A stretch of 64,000 nt of DNA, from positions 13,204 to 77,203 of the forward strand of contig CT868018.1 in NCBI GenBank assembly GCA_000165425.1, written 5' to 3'. This document shows positions 38,865 through 53,120 of this stretch, piece by piece (position 1 is the stretch's first letter; every line of letters starts with the position of its first letter). The position numbers were made by a program, and so were the translations under genes. The stretch is from Paramecium tetraurelia (lineage: Eukaryota). The notes beneath the pieces are model-generated. The model saw nothing but the letters and a program-made list of their open reading frames with translations, was not told the DNA's origin and searched no databases.

Positions 38865-39711
38865 AAGTTATTGTTTTTTTCTTGATTATTTTTACAAAAA
38901 TAACATATGCTTTCGTAATATCGTTGAGTATATCTGTCAATACTCCCGATCTAAAGGCTGTGCTACACAACTATTGTGGTTTGTTTATTTGGCAGAAGCC
39001 CTAGATTTTAGGAAGGTGAAATAAATCCTAATTTTTGATCAAAATACTGCTTTTAGGCTAAAATTGTCAAGAGAATACAATTGAATCTTAATTATTCGAT
39101 AATGACAAATACGCCTAGCCTATTTTTTACAGATATTAAAACTATATTACATCAAAATAAGTTTAATATAAAATATTCTGATAATTATTTTTAAAGCTAA
39201 TATGTACATCTTTCCTTTTCGATATTATACACTTCATCTAATACTCTCAATATTAATAAATATATAAAAAAAAATTAAATTAACCTCTTTTATTTGTTTA
39301 CACCAAAGAGATATGACCATTTAAATCTTTTATGATAAATTATTTAATAATTAAAATTATATTGCATAATATATATTAAAAGTTGTAATAAAGTATTAAA
39401 TAGATAATAACACTTATTTGTGTCTAAATGGATTCAAATGCACTTGGATTTCTAATAATTTCTCTAATATTTATAAAATTAGACAGTGTATTCTTCTAAT
39501 TAACTATCAATAATTTCGCATTCAATAAGATATATTAAACTAAAATTATTAAGAATTAATTGAATTCCGTATTACAAACTAAAATTGATCCCTTCATAAA
39601 TAATATGAATTAGAATTAGTTCTAATTAGAATTCTATGATTTTCTTCAAATTTTCATAATTTCGAAAATTGAATAAGAATGTTAAGTTAATATAATTGTA
39701 ATATTTAATTT

Positions 39712-42700
39712 TCATAATTAACGAAGAATATTAATAGCTTATTAATCAATTAATTCTACCGGAATAATCGTCAAGGATAATCTGATTAAGTTGATTTAGT
39801 TTTGTTGAACTTTACTAAAATAGATTAATGCTAATCCAATTGCTAACAAAGTGAAACATCCAGTTATCATAAAATACACAAGAGCTTCATTAAAATTACT
39901 TTCAATTTATTCATATGCTAATTTTAAATTCTCTTGAGCAAATTAATCAAAAGCTTATTTAGCATTCGTAAAGTGTCTTCCAAACATCTAATTGAAATCA
40001 GCTGAATTCAGCAAAGATAGTGTATTTTGAAAATCTACATCAAGCATTTTATTTTCCAATTCATAGTAATAAGATCCCATTAAGTAATTAATAATTTTTG
40101 TATAGATGCCTATTATTCCTTTATTATAAAGATATGTGCAATTATCTTTGATATCTGGAGAAATAGGACAAAAGATTGAGCAAATATCTTAAAAAAATAG
40201 CTGATTTAAAATGTCAGCATTTTTTGAATTGATATTTGGATTCTTGATTAAATCTTATATTATTTGAATTTGGCTATGCTTAAAGGAATCGAACTAAATA
40301 TAAAAATAGGTTAAATTTTGATAACGATCTTATATGAAGTAATTAGCAGATTATTACAACGTCTTTAGTGATATAGATTCTGTTAATGAATTTTGACTCA
40401 ATAGAATATTCTAACTCTTAATTCTAATTGCATTGCTCACAATAGAATCAACTTGAATGGTGAAATGAAGAAATTCAGCCCCTAGTTGATACGAGGGTTT
40501 GAGTTGCTTTTATTTTTAAGAATTAAATAGGAAGCCTCCAATATTAACAATTAGAATAATTAAGAGTAGAGCAAATAAGAATGCCGATATTGAACACATG
40601 TTAAATGTTGACTATTAAATTCTTGATGAAAGCAGTGTTGTTTTTTTTTATTTAGTATTTGTTGTGTTGATTTACTATTGTTTATTTAGTGGCTAATAGA
40701 TAATGTGCACATAATCAGCCTTCTTCCAGTTGATTGAGTACTTGTCATTTAATATTTCTCTCACACTTTATAATTTTTGGATTGTCACATAAACATCTTT
40801 TTCATACAATCTGCAGTTGAGATGCAGAATCTTCATGTGTAACTTCAACAAATCAAAAAAGAACCAAAACTGTAAGAAAAACATGCAAAATTATAGAATA
40901 GTTTAGATGACGAATAGATTCAAAATCAATTCATCATTTAAGTCTAATTCCACATAGAATTTATCAATTAAGGATCTAATTAATAATCTAAACAAATTTG
41001 TACTATTTTCTAAATTTAAAACTTCAAAAAGAGATTGCTGAAAAAAGTAATCGTTAAAATTACTAAAGTTATTATCCTAATAGTATTTTATTAGAAGTCT
41101 GAAATAAATAGTGAGTTTGGAATAGTAATAAGTGTAAGAAGTATTAAATTCATCCGCTTAATCAATATAGTAAAGTGTAATGTTGGAATTTAACAAATCC
41201 TATTCAATTTGATGAAAGACTGGTTGATGTAGAGACATGTTTTATAAGTAATTAAGATTTTTGAATCTTGATTGAATGGTATTCAATAAGTTTTAACTTA
41301 TTTGAATCCCTTCTACTTTGGACAATTTTTAGAGAATATCATGAGATGTTAATTCACAATAAATGCCATTAAATACATACGGTGCTTAGATCTCAAGAAG
41401 TTATTTATTTCCATTATCTCTTTATTCACTTATAAATATGACATTCAGAATATTAAACAAGACAACACTTAAAACAATACAAATATCCAAGAAAATGATA
41501 AAACTTAATTAGATGGGTCTGGCTTGAGATCGTGATTTCATTTTTAACAATTCATAATGATGATTCCTCGATCTTCTTGCAATAGACCCACCAGAATGTA
41601 TAGCCTGCATTTCATTTTTTTAATCTATTTATTAGTCATTGTTATTATTTGATGACTATTGATCCTGCAGTTTGTCTAGTACTGTCTTATTTTTCGAGTA
41701 TTATTATTGAAAGTTATGATTTTCATATCCTAATTCTTATTGTAATTTGATTATCTTGAATTCATCCTCTAAGTATTTAGAATCATCATTCATACTTTTG
41801 TGTTTGATTAAATTAAAAGTAGCCCTTTGTGAAAAAGGAGCCAAGATTTATCTTGAAGATTCTTATAATTGATCAAAGAAGGATTGATCATATTTACCTC
41901 TCATTAAAGATATTTCTGGGTGTTATTGTAATTTATCATTATCTTCCACCTTCCCTTTTGTAAAGCTTTCATCCTAAATGGAACTTAGCATTAAATGACT
42001 TGATTTATTTAGATCGGACAACTCAACGTTTTACAAACTATTTTATGAGAATGTCTCTCCATTCTCAATGTCTTAAGCAGATATAATGTCATTTATTTCT
42101 AAAGTGAATAACGGAATAGATTTTGAGTAACCAAGTATGAGATACTCTAAGTAACATTTAATCTAGAAATTTGTGGTTTGAAGATTTTGATCAATAAATT
42201 ACTACATCTTTTGCTAATAGGTTTCATCAAACAAATCGCAATTGGGTTTTTGAGAATCAAATAAATTCAGATTTAACATAGATTTTTAATTTTTTTGTTA
42301 ATTTTCTGGAGTATCAAATGTTGTCCACAAACCTGCATAATATAATTAATGTTTATTTTTGCCTTTTGAACTTTACATCAATTTTGAAAACTATTACTTG
42401 ATGGGATTTCCAATTTTTAAAATAATCTTATCGTCTTAGTTATTTTCTTCTTCTGAATTTCGATATGCATTAATTAAATTGAATATTTTTGGGATTAATT
42501 AAAATACATACCCTGAAGACAGATGTTCTTAAGTAATTGTTTTATCTATTGTTTAAAGTAATTTGAACATTAAACTATTGACACCTAAGATTCTACCCTT
42601 GTGATCAAAAAGCATGAATAGACATTTTTCTTTTGTTTTGGAAAATGCAGCCGTTATAACATAATCATCATAACTGATAAAGAAATTATCAATAGTAATA

Positions 42701-44568
42701 TCTGCAGGAATGTAGAAATTATTTTTGCCTTTCAGAAACACTGTTCTACTCTTACCAAATAAAATGCTATGGCCTAACTTCTTAAATCTCTCAAGATATT
42801 GATCATGAACAGATGCTAGAAAGTCTGGCATTAATTGATTTATGTGTTTGATATCTCTAAAATCCATTTCGTTTTCGTATCCCCAAAATTAAGCTATTTA
42901 TTAAGCATTTAATTTTATGATTGATCCTTATGATTTAACAATACTGGTGTACAATAAACAAATTTTATTTTCCATTATGTTACCGTTAAGTAGTTTTCCT
43001 TCAACCAAACTTTCAGATCGCAAAATGTCATTCATTACTTTCTACATCTTAATAGCTTATTCATAATCGTTTATAATTATTGCATAATAAATTATCAACA
43101 CCAAGACTTCTAGGACTGTTCTTGGCTCCTCAACCTATTCGATATTGGTACAATTATATAACTTTTACAATACTAATCGACATTCCAATAATTTTTGACT
43201 CAATAAACATGTAGTCTAAAATAGTTTCTTTACATTTGAGATCAATGATATCAATTATTTCCAGTAATTTATTTTGTGATCAAGAGTACTCAGAATCAAA
43301 GGAATGGATATTTCTCGTATTTTAACTGCCTCATATATATCCTTTGTAGATAGAATGCGATCATCCTAATATTATCCTGCCTTTAAAAGTTGATTTATTC
43401 CATCCTAGACCTTTGTAACTGAATTCCACAATTATTTATGTTGACTTGGAAATGTTATTCTAAAAAACAAGGAATGATCATGTGGGATATTATAATACTA
43501 TTTTAGTCGGCATAGTGCAGTCAAGGGAGCTTTATGAACACATAGAAAGTGGATTAAGGCTAATTCTAAGATCTCATAATCGATTTTCTACTTTTTATTT
43601 ATTGTTATGTTATTTTCTAAATAGCAAATTAATACTTCATTCTTTTTTTGGTCTTCATGCTAAGATACACATTTGTTTTTGTGCTGTCTTAGTTTTAAAT
43701 GCTATTGAATGTCCTATGATTAATAGAACTCTTGGCATTAAACTAGAATGATATATTAGTTTTAAGAATCCATGTCTGCGTATCTGTCATATAATTGAAA
43801 TGAGAGTGCATAGGCAAGAGTGCCTATTAGAATTGTAAAATAAAAGATATTCTCCTCTGATTTATTGAATAACATTAGGGTATGAATTACAACCAGAGTG
43901 TAAAATAAAAAGTTATACTGAAACACTATTTTATTAAACTAGAACTTGTAGGGTTTAAAGATTATAATATCTAAGCAAAGGGCTATTCCCTAAATGTGTA
44001 GTAAAATTATTTGCAAAATGTGAAATTCAAAATCAATGTAGCAAATAGTGTCCAATGCTGCACTAATTACTGTCAATTAAGTGAATTTCCGTATGAATGG
44101 ATTACTATGAATAAATTTAGTTGAACGATTAAAATAGAGATTAAATACTAGAATAAAAAATAAGAGCAGGATTCCAAAAATTGATATTCCAATATTCCCT
44201 GATGAACTTGAAAGCATTGCTACTTAAGGTATATAAAATACATTCCATAAAAGGTTATTGTAATAGAAAACGAATTAAACTTTGAAAAAGCTGAGAATGA
44301 AGATTATAACATTGAATAATATGAGAAGTATTTTAAGTATGTCCGATATCTCTTGATATAAAAAGGACAATATGACATAAGGAACATGCAATTTATAATC
44401 TGTGTATTTCCAAACATCCCATCCATCCTATGGGAATATGAAATGGAGTCTCAAAATAAATTACAATAAAATGGCACTTTAAAATAGTGATTCTCCTAAC
44501 TGAATTTTAGGAGATGAAGTCATTAAATCCAAATAATGCTCGATAAGCCTTTAAGTTAATTCCATCAT
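39712..44568 (-). CDS. TmcB-like PAS-domain multi-pass membrane protein (~1618 aa)
   Basis: N-terminal TM cluster, helical region, PAS motif FWGY..INQLMPDFLASVHDQYLERF..VFLKGKNNFYIP, C-terminal TMs ending LTIIPVELI. Span of 4857 nt is divisible by 3. Confidence 0.8.
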
Positions 44569-45035
44569 AAGCCAAAAGATTAAATTATTAAAGCTAAATT
44601 AGCTATAAACTTAATAATAAAATTAATATCAATTTATAAACAAGGAACCACACAAACAAGGTTTACCACCTCAAATATCCTTAAATCCATGAAAGACAAT
44701 CAGTTCTTCGTTTATTATTATCAAAAAAACTCTACAAGATTTAAAATTTGTTTTAAACAAGTATTTACATTCTCATTCATTTATTTTTAATGAATTGCAA
44801 TTCAAACCAGAAAAATTAATTAATTTTCTCAAGCCTAAAAACAACAACTAAGAATTTGAAACCTTTTGATTGGAATAACTGAGACTACTTTTGTTTAAAG
44901 GGTATTTCTGTAATATCAGAAGGCCAATCGAGTAAATAACACCAGGTAAATAATTTTAAAGAAGAATTATTGTAAATATTTACATATTTTACTAGTATAA
45001 TCAGATAAAATATATAATTAATATATCTCTCTTCC

Positions 45036-45244
45036 TCATACTGAATATTTGCCAAAATTTTTCCTTCTCTATATTATAGTGCTAACTGAAATCTAAATGT
45101 TTATAAGAATTTTACATTCTATAATTAGGGTATTCCATTTTTGTATTTATTTGAGAATGCCAAATATTTTAAGTTTTTTGGTTCACTATCGAAAGATGAC
45201 CTGCTACTTTTCTCGCTTCTGCTCTTTGTGTTTGCACAACCCAT
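45036..45244 (-). CDS. 61-aa microprotein with N-terminal MGC acylation motif (paralog 2)
   Basis: MGCANTKSRS...PQLQN|ISVSTIIQRRK. The 23-nt intron 45093-45115 restores the frame to TGA 45036-45038. Confidence 0.75.
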
Positions 45245-45345
45245 AAATAATAATATATAACTTAAAAAACGAAAACACTTGATTAATTAAACCAACTAAT
45301 AAACGTAGACTAATAATAACCTGAACAAATATATTTTTTATAATT

Positions 45346-48249
45346 TCAAGGTAATATTAAAATGGATTTCATTCCTGAAGAATCGAAAACTAACTGACTA
45401 GGATTATTGGGCTGTCTGATTTCTATTAAAATTCCAGGAAGATTGCACTTTCCAAATTCAATTGGAAATAATAAATAAGAAAAAGTTGCTTCATCCTCTA
45501 CAAATTTCATCTATTTTATCTTGCCCATAATGAAGAATTGCTTTTTATCTTGGTCCTTCAATTGAATGAAATAATTTTATGGTTCTCTAGTCTTTAATTT
45601 TACAACAATTTCAAAAGTCTATTATGCGTTGGATGTAGGGGGAGATATTATTTCCACATTCTGCAAATATGATATCACATTGACATTCTCAACATCAACT
45701 ATAGCTTCATAATTCATCTAATTTCTTGTATATTTGATTTTATATTGTCCAAAATTGGAGTAAGTAGTTTAATCCCTGGTCATAAAAATAACATTCAATT
45801 TATTTTTATTATAAAAATCAAGATCAACAGATGGTACAAATTCAGTTTCAATCAAATCAATATTTTATACTTCCAATTAAACTGCGCATTTACTAAAAAC
45901 ACTCAAAGTATTTCGATTTCTATTTTGAGCATTCTAAAACACACTGCTTAATTATTTTATTTTTATAAAGTAAATGAATGGGAAAACAAACTTAATCTTC
46001 TTAAAATATTCTTCACCCTATATTTTGAATCCAACAATTCTATCATGAATAATGCTATCTGTTATTTGTAAAGTAAATTATCTGCTATTTATTGTATTAT
46101 TGTTATTTTCCTTTAACTTTAGAAGGCAATTCTTGTTTAAATTAAAATTCAATAACTCAACCTCCGTTTGATAACTCAATTCCACCTCAATTTCATTTAA
46201 TTCGTTGATATAGGCAAAGTCCTATTTAAATGTAATGATAGGAGGATCTCTTTTATAAGTGGATAGCAACCCAACTTTATATTTGTTCGAGTAAAGTTCT
46301 ACATCTTTGGCAATAATTTTAATTGATAATTTATCCCTATTTATAGCAACAATTAAATTACAAATATTTTCCAAAAAGTTGAATTTGAACTGGTTTTTCT
46401 ATATTTTTATCTGTTTTTATAATTGTATGATTTGTTGCAATAAATTCTATTTGTTGGTTCTTACTGATAATTAATCCGGTCTCAATCATGTCTAAAATGT
46501 GTTGAGTTATATTCATATCTATTTTTAACTGAATACTTTGTTCATCTGATTCAAGTTTAGAAATAGAAATGAATGTGTTAGCAGGAACAACAATATCTAA
46601 ATTTTCACTTAATTGCTATGCCAACTTCTTGATGTCCTAAATTTTATCCTGCTCATATATTAAAATATCGCTGTAGATTTGTATTTATTTTGTCAATTGT
46701 GCTGATTAAGCTTCTAAATATAGGATATTTTTGTATTCGTCAATTAATCCATAAGAAATTAATTGATCAGCAATTTAGGATTTCAATTCAAAGTTTTAAG
46801 TGATTAATATTTACAAGTATTTAAAATAAACATTAGCATAATTGTTTTGATTCTAACTATTTTCATTATACTGTTTCCAAAAATCAAAAATGAATTACAC
46901 ATTAGGGGCTAAGTTAATTTCATTTCTTCTATAATTGATTACGTGCTTAAAATAGAATAGCTTTTAATCTGATTTTATATCAATAGGCTACTCATTCTCT
47001 TTTTCTCGAATTTAATAATTTGGTCTTCCTAAATATTCAGGTTCTTATTTCGAAATTAAAAAGCCAAATTATTGAATCGATTAATCGGGGAACATATCAT
47101 TAAGTTGTATCAATTTGATGTAACTCAGCAAAGTCGCCTATAATTATTTGATACATATGTACTTGGAAATAGTTATACACAATAGTATAATTGGTTACCA
47201 TTAATTTAGATTCAATAAATTTAATAATAGCCACAAAGATTTTGACTCTCCATAAATATTCTTGTATTTCAAACAATTTGTGGAATATTAAATTTTTAAA
47301 GGTTTTGAAGTGAACCTCAAAGTGTTAAATTACATCTTGAATTTCTAAATTTCTGAATAATTTGAATCTTAATTGATCAGCAATCTATAATTTTGAAACA
47401 TTATAATACTTCTCTATATTCTTCTGCTTGTTAAATCAATTCATAGGAAGTGTAAAATGAATTATCATCTGTAAAGTTTAAGTAATCCTTCCTTTTTGTT
47501 GCCAATTAAGTCACAATTTCATAAGATGTTTACATATGCTTATTTGCCTTTTTTGCATTGTTTTCAATTTCACTAATTAGAGTTTTCTTGATTTCAAAAA
47601 TTAACTTCTAGTCACTCAATTCTGACTTTTACAATTTGCTGGTTTCAGACTTATACTTATTAAATAGTTCTTAATAGAAAGTGTTTGAGTCATCCACAAT
47701 CGTTTTCTTGATTCTAAATTAAAATTTAGTGGCTTTAAGTTTACCTTTTCAATTGTTGACCAATGTTTTCAAATTCGACTGCAAAGACCTTTCTTAAATC
47801 AATTTCCTTCTTTAGGTAATTAAAATCAAATCCACCTACATTTTTACCTGTAAGTACTATAGTGATTTTAGGTTAGAAGGATTTAGCTAAAGAAATGGTT
47901 TACTTTAGGATATTGTAATTGTCTAATAGTTTATCCAATTTCTCAGCTATAATAATTCAAATCTATACGTTCAGAGATGTCATATATCCATATAACAACA
48001 GAGGGAAACTAAAATAATAATAATGTAAAAATACAGTTTTTAATTTGTGAAGCCACGACAATTTAAAAATTCCCCCACCTTGATGAGATTTCTTTTTATA
48101 ATCCAATTCAAGCAAAATAATGAATCTAAATAGATTTTAATTCCTTACTATTGCATACCACCTTCAAAATTAGTTAATTGACTTTTTAATTTATCCTTGT
48201 AATCCCCTAGAATGCAAATGATTGATTTGTTGGTGGTTATTAAATCCAT
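45346..48249 (-). CDS. TRAPPC11: TRAPP III subunit TRAPPC11 (Foie gras/Gryzun)-like
   Basis: GIFKLSWLHKLKTFPSVVIWIYD, FEIKKTLISEIENNAKKANKHMQTSY, and C-terminal FSYLLFPIEFGKCNLPGILI...SILILP*. Multiple tiny introns. Confidence 0.7.
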
Positions 48250-48933
48250 AAAATATTCAATATATTATTTATATCAATATAATTAATTTATATGTAAAAA
48301 TCAACCAAATTCAATATATAATGAACTTTCATTTTTTTATAAATTTATGTGTTAATTGATCTCAAATCTCTCGTTTTTGTTAGAATTTAAAGTAAATGAA
48401 TATTTCTGAATAATTCTTGAGATCCAATAACTTAATACTCTTCCTATGATAATTTTCATAATATGCAAACTCAGAAAATTATTAAATATATATTTATAAT
48501 TTCTTTAATGGATAAACTTTTAAAAGTGTAATGAGTTTCTTAATTAGAAACAATATTAAGAATTCAAATAAGTAGTATAGTAATACATTAATGTGCGGTT
48601 TTCATGAACTACTGCTACTGTCAAAAATAAAAGTAGTAATAGTTTAATTATAAATCCTGATAAAGATAAAAACACATTATTCTTTTAATTTTATAATAGG
48701 AATTTTACAATTACATTTTTCCGACTAAGTTCTATTAATAGTAAGTTTATAATCTACAATAACCATTGAAATAACTATAGTAATAGATATTTAGAGGTAA
48801 TCTTTAATTTAAGTTTATGATTATTAATCAAATATATAAAATATACACTGCTTGCAAATAAAGAAGAATTTACAAGCAAATAAATTTTAATTAATAAATA
48901 GTCTTTTAATAAAAAATTGGAATTTCTAAAAGG

Positions 48934-51900
48934 ATGGATTAATTTTAAATTGCTGAAAACTCATCTTAAGTTTATAGTTACTACATGACTAGAGAATCAT
49001 TATTAAACAGTAGATAAGAATACTTCAAGTCTATTCTATAGCGGTTATAATTTAATAATGAAGACTAAAATCAATTAAAAATCATAATGGTCCAAACAAA
49101 CCAAAAATTGGAGTTACCAAACAGTTTGGATCTCTCATTTGCTACATCCATCCCAGATAAAATAGATGACTAGATATAATACTTAATTATTAATGAAACA
49201 ATTGAGACTGATTCCTAAAACGTTGAGGAATTGCAATACTAATGCATTCCTGGGTGTAATTTGGTACATTCCTTCCTGTGGAAAGAGAATATGGATAGAG
49301 TTGATTAAATATACGAATATTTACTCAAATACATACAAGAAGAACAGGATGTATTGATTTACTGTAAAAATGTTAATGAAATATAATTAATGGCAAAAGC
49401 ATTATCCTAATTGGGTGAGATTTAGGTTAGATTGTCACCAGAATTTAATGAGGTGTATTAAAAACTCGATTAAAGAAAGAGTATATAAGCAAATCATATT
49501 ATTTACTTGCTTATTGATCCCTAATATTTGGAATCTGAATGTATTACTCTAATTATTCACACTCAATACAAAGAAGTCATAAAACCCTTCATAAAGAGTA
49601 GTGTCCTATATAGTGATCAATTACTGTCTAGATAAGAGCTGATAATTCGAGAAATTCCAAAATCTAATTCAATGGGGGTCTAGATAATATACAACTTTCC
49701 CAAAGAAACATATGTAACTCTTCCTCCAAAAGCAGTCAAACTAGATTCTCATCAATTGGATAACCACATTGAATAGTTTGATAAATCCAAAAACAGTGCA
49801 ATTATTAAAGGAGCTTTGAATACCACAGGCATGCTTTTATAATATTAAAAACAATCCAATTTAACAATCAGAATCAGTCAGCTTTGGTCAAATAAGGGTG
49901 ATGCTTATTCATGGATCGAAATAATTGAATAGCTCGGAATCTTTATTAATTCAATCCTGCTAAATGCAGATTTTGATAAAAATTAAAGCATTTTTGAATT
50001 AACTTAATTAGAAAAATGGTGTGAAGATAATATGGTAAATCTATACAAAGGAATATTAATTTTGCTTTATGTTTAGTAATTCTCTCAAGAATATGTAAAA
50101 TAAATAAATATTATAGAATTGCCCTTCAATTAATATACTTAATGTCGGTGGTTTAACTGCTCCAATTAGAAGGTCGTCCAGTATGTAAATAGTTCAAGAA
50201 GATAAACCATTAGTTGATGAACAATTAAAACTAAATTTCCCTATAGCCGAGTTAAGAGAAGATCAATTCTATCATGTTTAGGAGCATAATTTTAAATTAA
50301 ACTAGTGTTGCATATAATCTTAAAAAGGAAGACTCTAATAGCACATTCATATTTTGGCTTTGAAAGAGAACTCAATTATCTATCTCCATAATAAGAATAG
50401 AAAAACGTCTGTAGTTCAAAAAGAACTAATCATCAGTAATGTTGGCAATGCAATTCTGGAGGAACTATGGAAAAATCAAGGCATTGAGATAGCTGAATTA
50501 GAAAATAAATATAATTGTTCAATTGAACCAAATGTCTACTTAAATTTGATATCCGTTTATTCTGACGATGCAGTTGACATGAGTGAATTATATGCTAGAA
50601 TTGAAAAAATTAAAGAGAATCTTAAAACATAAATTTTGGAAATCAAACATGTTAGTGGAAAAAAATTAATTTTCTAGAGTGGAGCTCTGATTAGTGAATG
50701 GATAAGAGAACATGAATCTAAAGAGTTTAAACTAGTGGGACTACCGCCCAAGGTAACAGAGGATGAGATCAAAGAATTATTTGAAGACTTTACTGTTATA
50801 ACTCATCTTAAATTAAACTATTTAGAAAATGAGACCTAAGCTCAAATTGTTATTGAAGATAAAGATGATATGCCTTACATTATTTAAGGATATGATTAAT
50901 CAGAGTACTAAGATAGAATTATTAATGTTATCACAGAATAGAAAACTTTAAAATAACAAAATGTTAATCAATCAAAATATATCTTGAATGTCATATGGTA
51001 TTCCAAATTATGCACAGGTGTATGTGTTGTAATATTTAATGAAGCTGAACAAGCATTAAAATGTGTAAATCAATTTAATAATCAGCTATTGGATGGAAAA
51101 GAGATTAAAATCAGTTAAGTAGATGATGTTACTTTAAAATTCTAAAATTTAAGTTCTTTCACAACTGAAATCGATATTTTAATGTTATGTGGAGGGAAAA
51201 AGAACATCAAATACCTTGATTTGCAATCAAAGACCCTTTAAGAAAGTAAGGAAGATTATTCACAGAGAATAATACATTTAATCAATAGGAATATTGAAAG
51301 AAATGAAAAAAAGGATGTTGATTTCAATCATACTCACTTGATAAGAAAACCAGGAGGTAAAAGAATAGCTAAAATATCAATTTCAAGTGTTCCTACTATG
51401 CAAAAATTATTAGAGATTTTAAACGGAGAAAAAATATAATTCGGAACAAATCTGGTTAAAGTTCATTGTCAAGGATAATATTATTAATATCATTAAATTC
51501 CTAATCAACTCAAACCCCATATTTAAAAAATTCTGAAGGAACATGAAAAGTTTAATTTTAAAGTTAATTTTGAATAAGGAAATCAATCCAAACAAATAGT
51601 ACAACAAGTTACTATTCGTTCTTAGAATATATTAGTACATTAATAATTAGATCAAATTTTGACTAATTTCTTGTAGGGCTACAAAGTGGAAATAAATAAT
51701 AATGGGGATTTTCTGTTTACAACTTTTGGGTAAAATAAATTAAAAGACTTTGAGATGTTGGATGGAAGCATACATTTTATGGTTGATCAATACAAAAAAG
51801 TGATTCGTGTTTGTTGTTCTTAAGAAAAATTAAATGAGATTACTGAATATGTTAATCAGATTACATAGGCAGTGGTTTCTCATAAATTAGCAATACCTCC

Positions 51901-52772
51901 AGGAGCATTAAAAGAATTAGTAGGATTAAAAGGTTAAGGTCTAGATAGTCTTAAGAAGTAATTCAATTTGACCTAAATTAAATACAAATAACAGAGTAAA
52001 GAATTGTTTTTAGAGGGATCTGGCTAAAATATTTAAGATGCTGTTGCTTGCATAGAGTCTGCTGTTTCTTAAATAAACTTAGAAGGAGAAGCAGATATAA
52101 ATGAAGTCAAATAGGCAGAATGCCCAATCTGTTTTGATAATATTAAACACAGTTATTTATTATAAGGTTGTGGCCATAAATGTTGTTTAGAATGCATTTC
52201 ATTGCATTGCAGTAGCGTTTTACAAGATGTAAAGTTATTTCCTGTGAGATGTCCAGTATGCAATGAAAAGATGATTTTAAATGATATATTGTAAATAATT
52301 GGGAAGGAAAATAAGGACAGCTTGATAAATTTGGCACTTAATAAGTTTGTTTAGGATAATAATTAGAATGTGACATTTTGTTATACTCCTGGATGCAATA
52401 ATTTTGAACAAATCTAATAGTAAGATAAAGCAATATATTGTTAAATGTGTTTAAAATAATATTGTTGTTTATGCAAAGTAAGTATTTAATCTAAGTTAGG
52501 CTTTAAGACATCCTGGATTGACATGTGAGGAAAATAAGATTGGTGATATATTGTTACTATAAAAATTAATGAAAGAGTAAGACATTAGAAAATGCCCAAG
52601 TTGTTAAGCATTAATTCAGAGAATTGATGGATGTTATAGAGTGACTTGTTCTGTATGTAAACAGAGTATTTGTTGGAAAAATAACAATAAAGGAGTTCCT
52701 TGTATGCAGGTGTTTAAGACATCTTCAGAATGCTATGAGCATTTATCCAAAGAACACGGTGGTTATTGGTGA
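48934..52772 (+). CDS. RBR E3 ubiquitin ligase with RRM and KH domains and a degenerate N-terminal DEAH-helicase-like region (DEAH11/12-like)
   Basis: RRMs (LVGLPPKVTEDEIKELF; GVCVVIFNEAEQALKC), KH (IPPGALKELVGLKGQGL), RING1 (CPICF..GCGHKCCLEC..RCPVC), IBR (FCYTPGC..CQMCLKQYCCLC..HPGLTC), RING2 (KCPSCQALIQRIDGCYRVTC). Two 22-nt introns give 1264 aa. Confidence 0.88.
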
Positions 52773-53120
52773 TTTCATTAGATATTATATTAAATTTTGA
52801 ATTCCTTTTATATTAAGAATTATACTATATAATTTCAAATTCTCTTTTATATTCTTCATCTATAGTTGAAAATCAATAAAGAGCATTAAATTTACTAACC
52901 AACCCAATAGTTGATTTTCAATGCATCAATAATACTAAATCAAGATTAGCAATCCTGATTTAGTTCTATAATATGATTTATTTAAAATTATGGCGAATGG
53001 CATTATATTATTAATGAATGATCATCTTATTAAGAATGGGAAACTGAAAAAGCAATTAAAGATAATCTAATTTAGAGAAAATAGTTGATTAATTACTTTA
53101 CTTATTATTTATTATAATAA

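Noticed and set aside
44600..45000. Coding-like patch between the PAS gene and the microprotein
   Set aside because: Frames examined are broken by TGA and show no recognisable homology.
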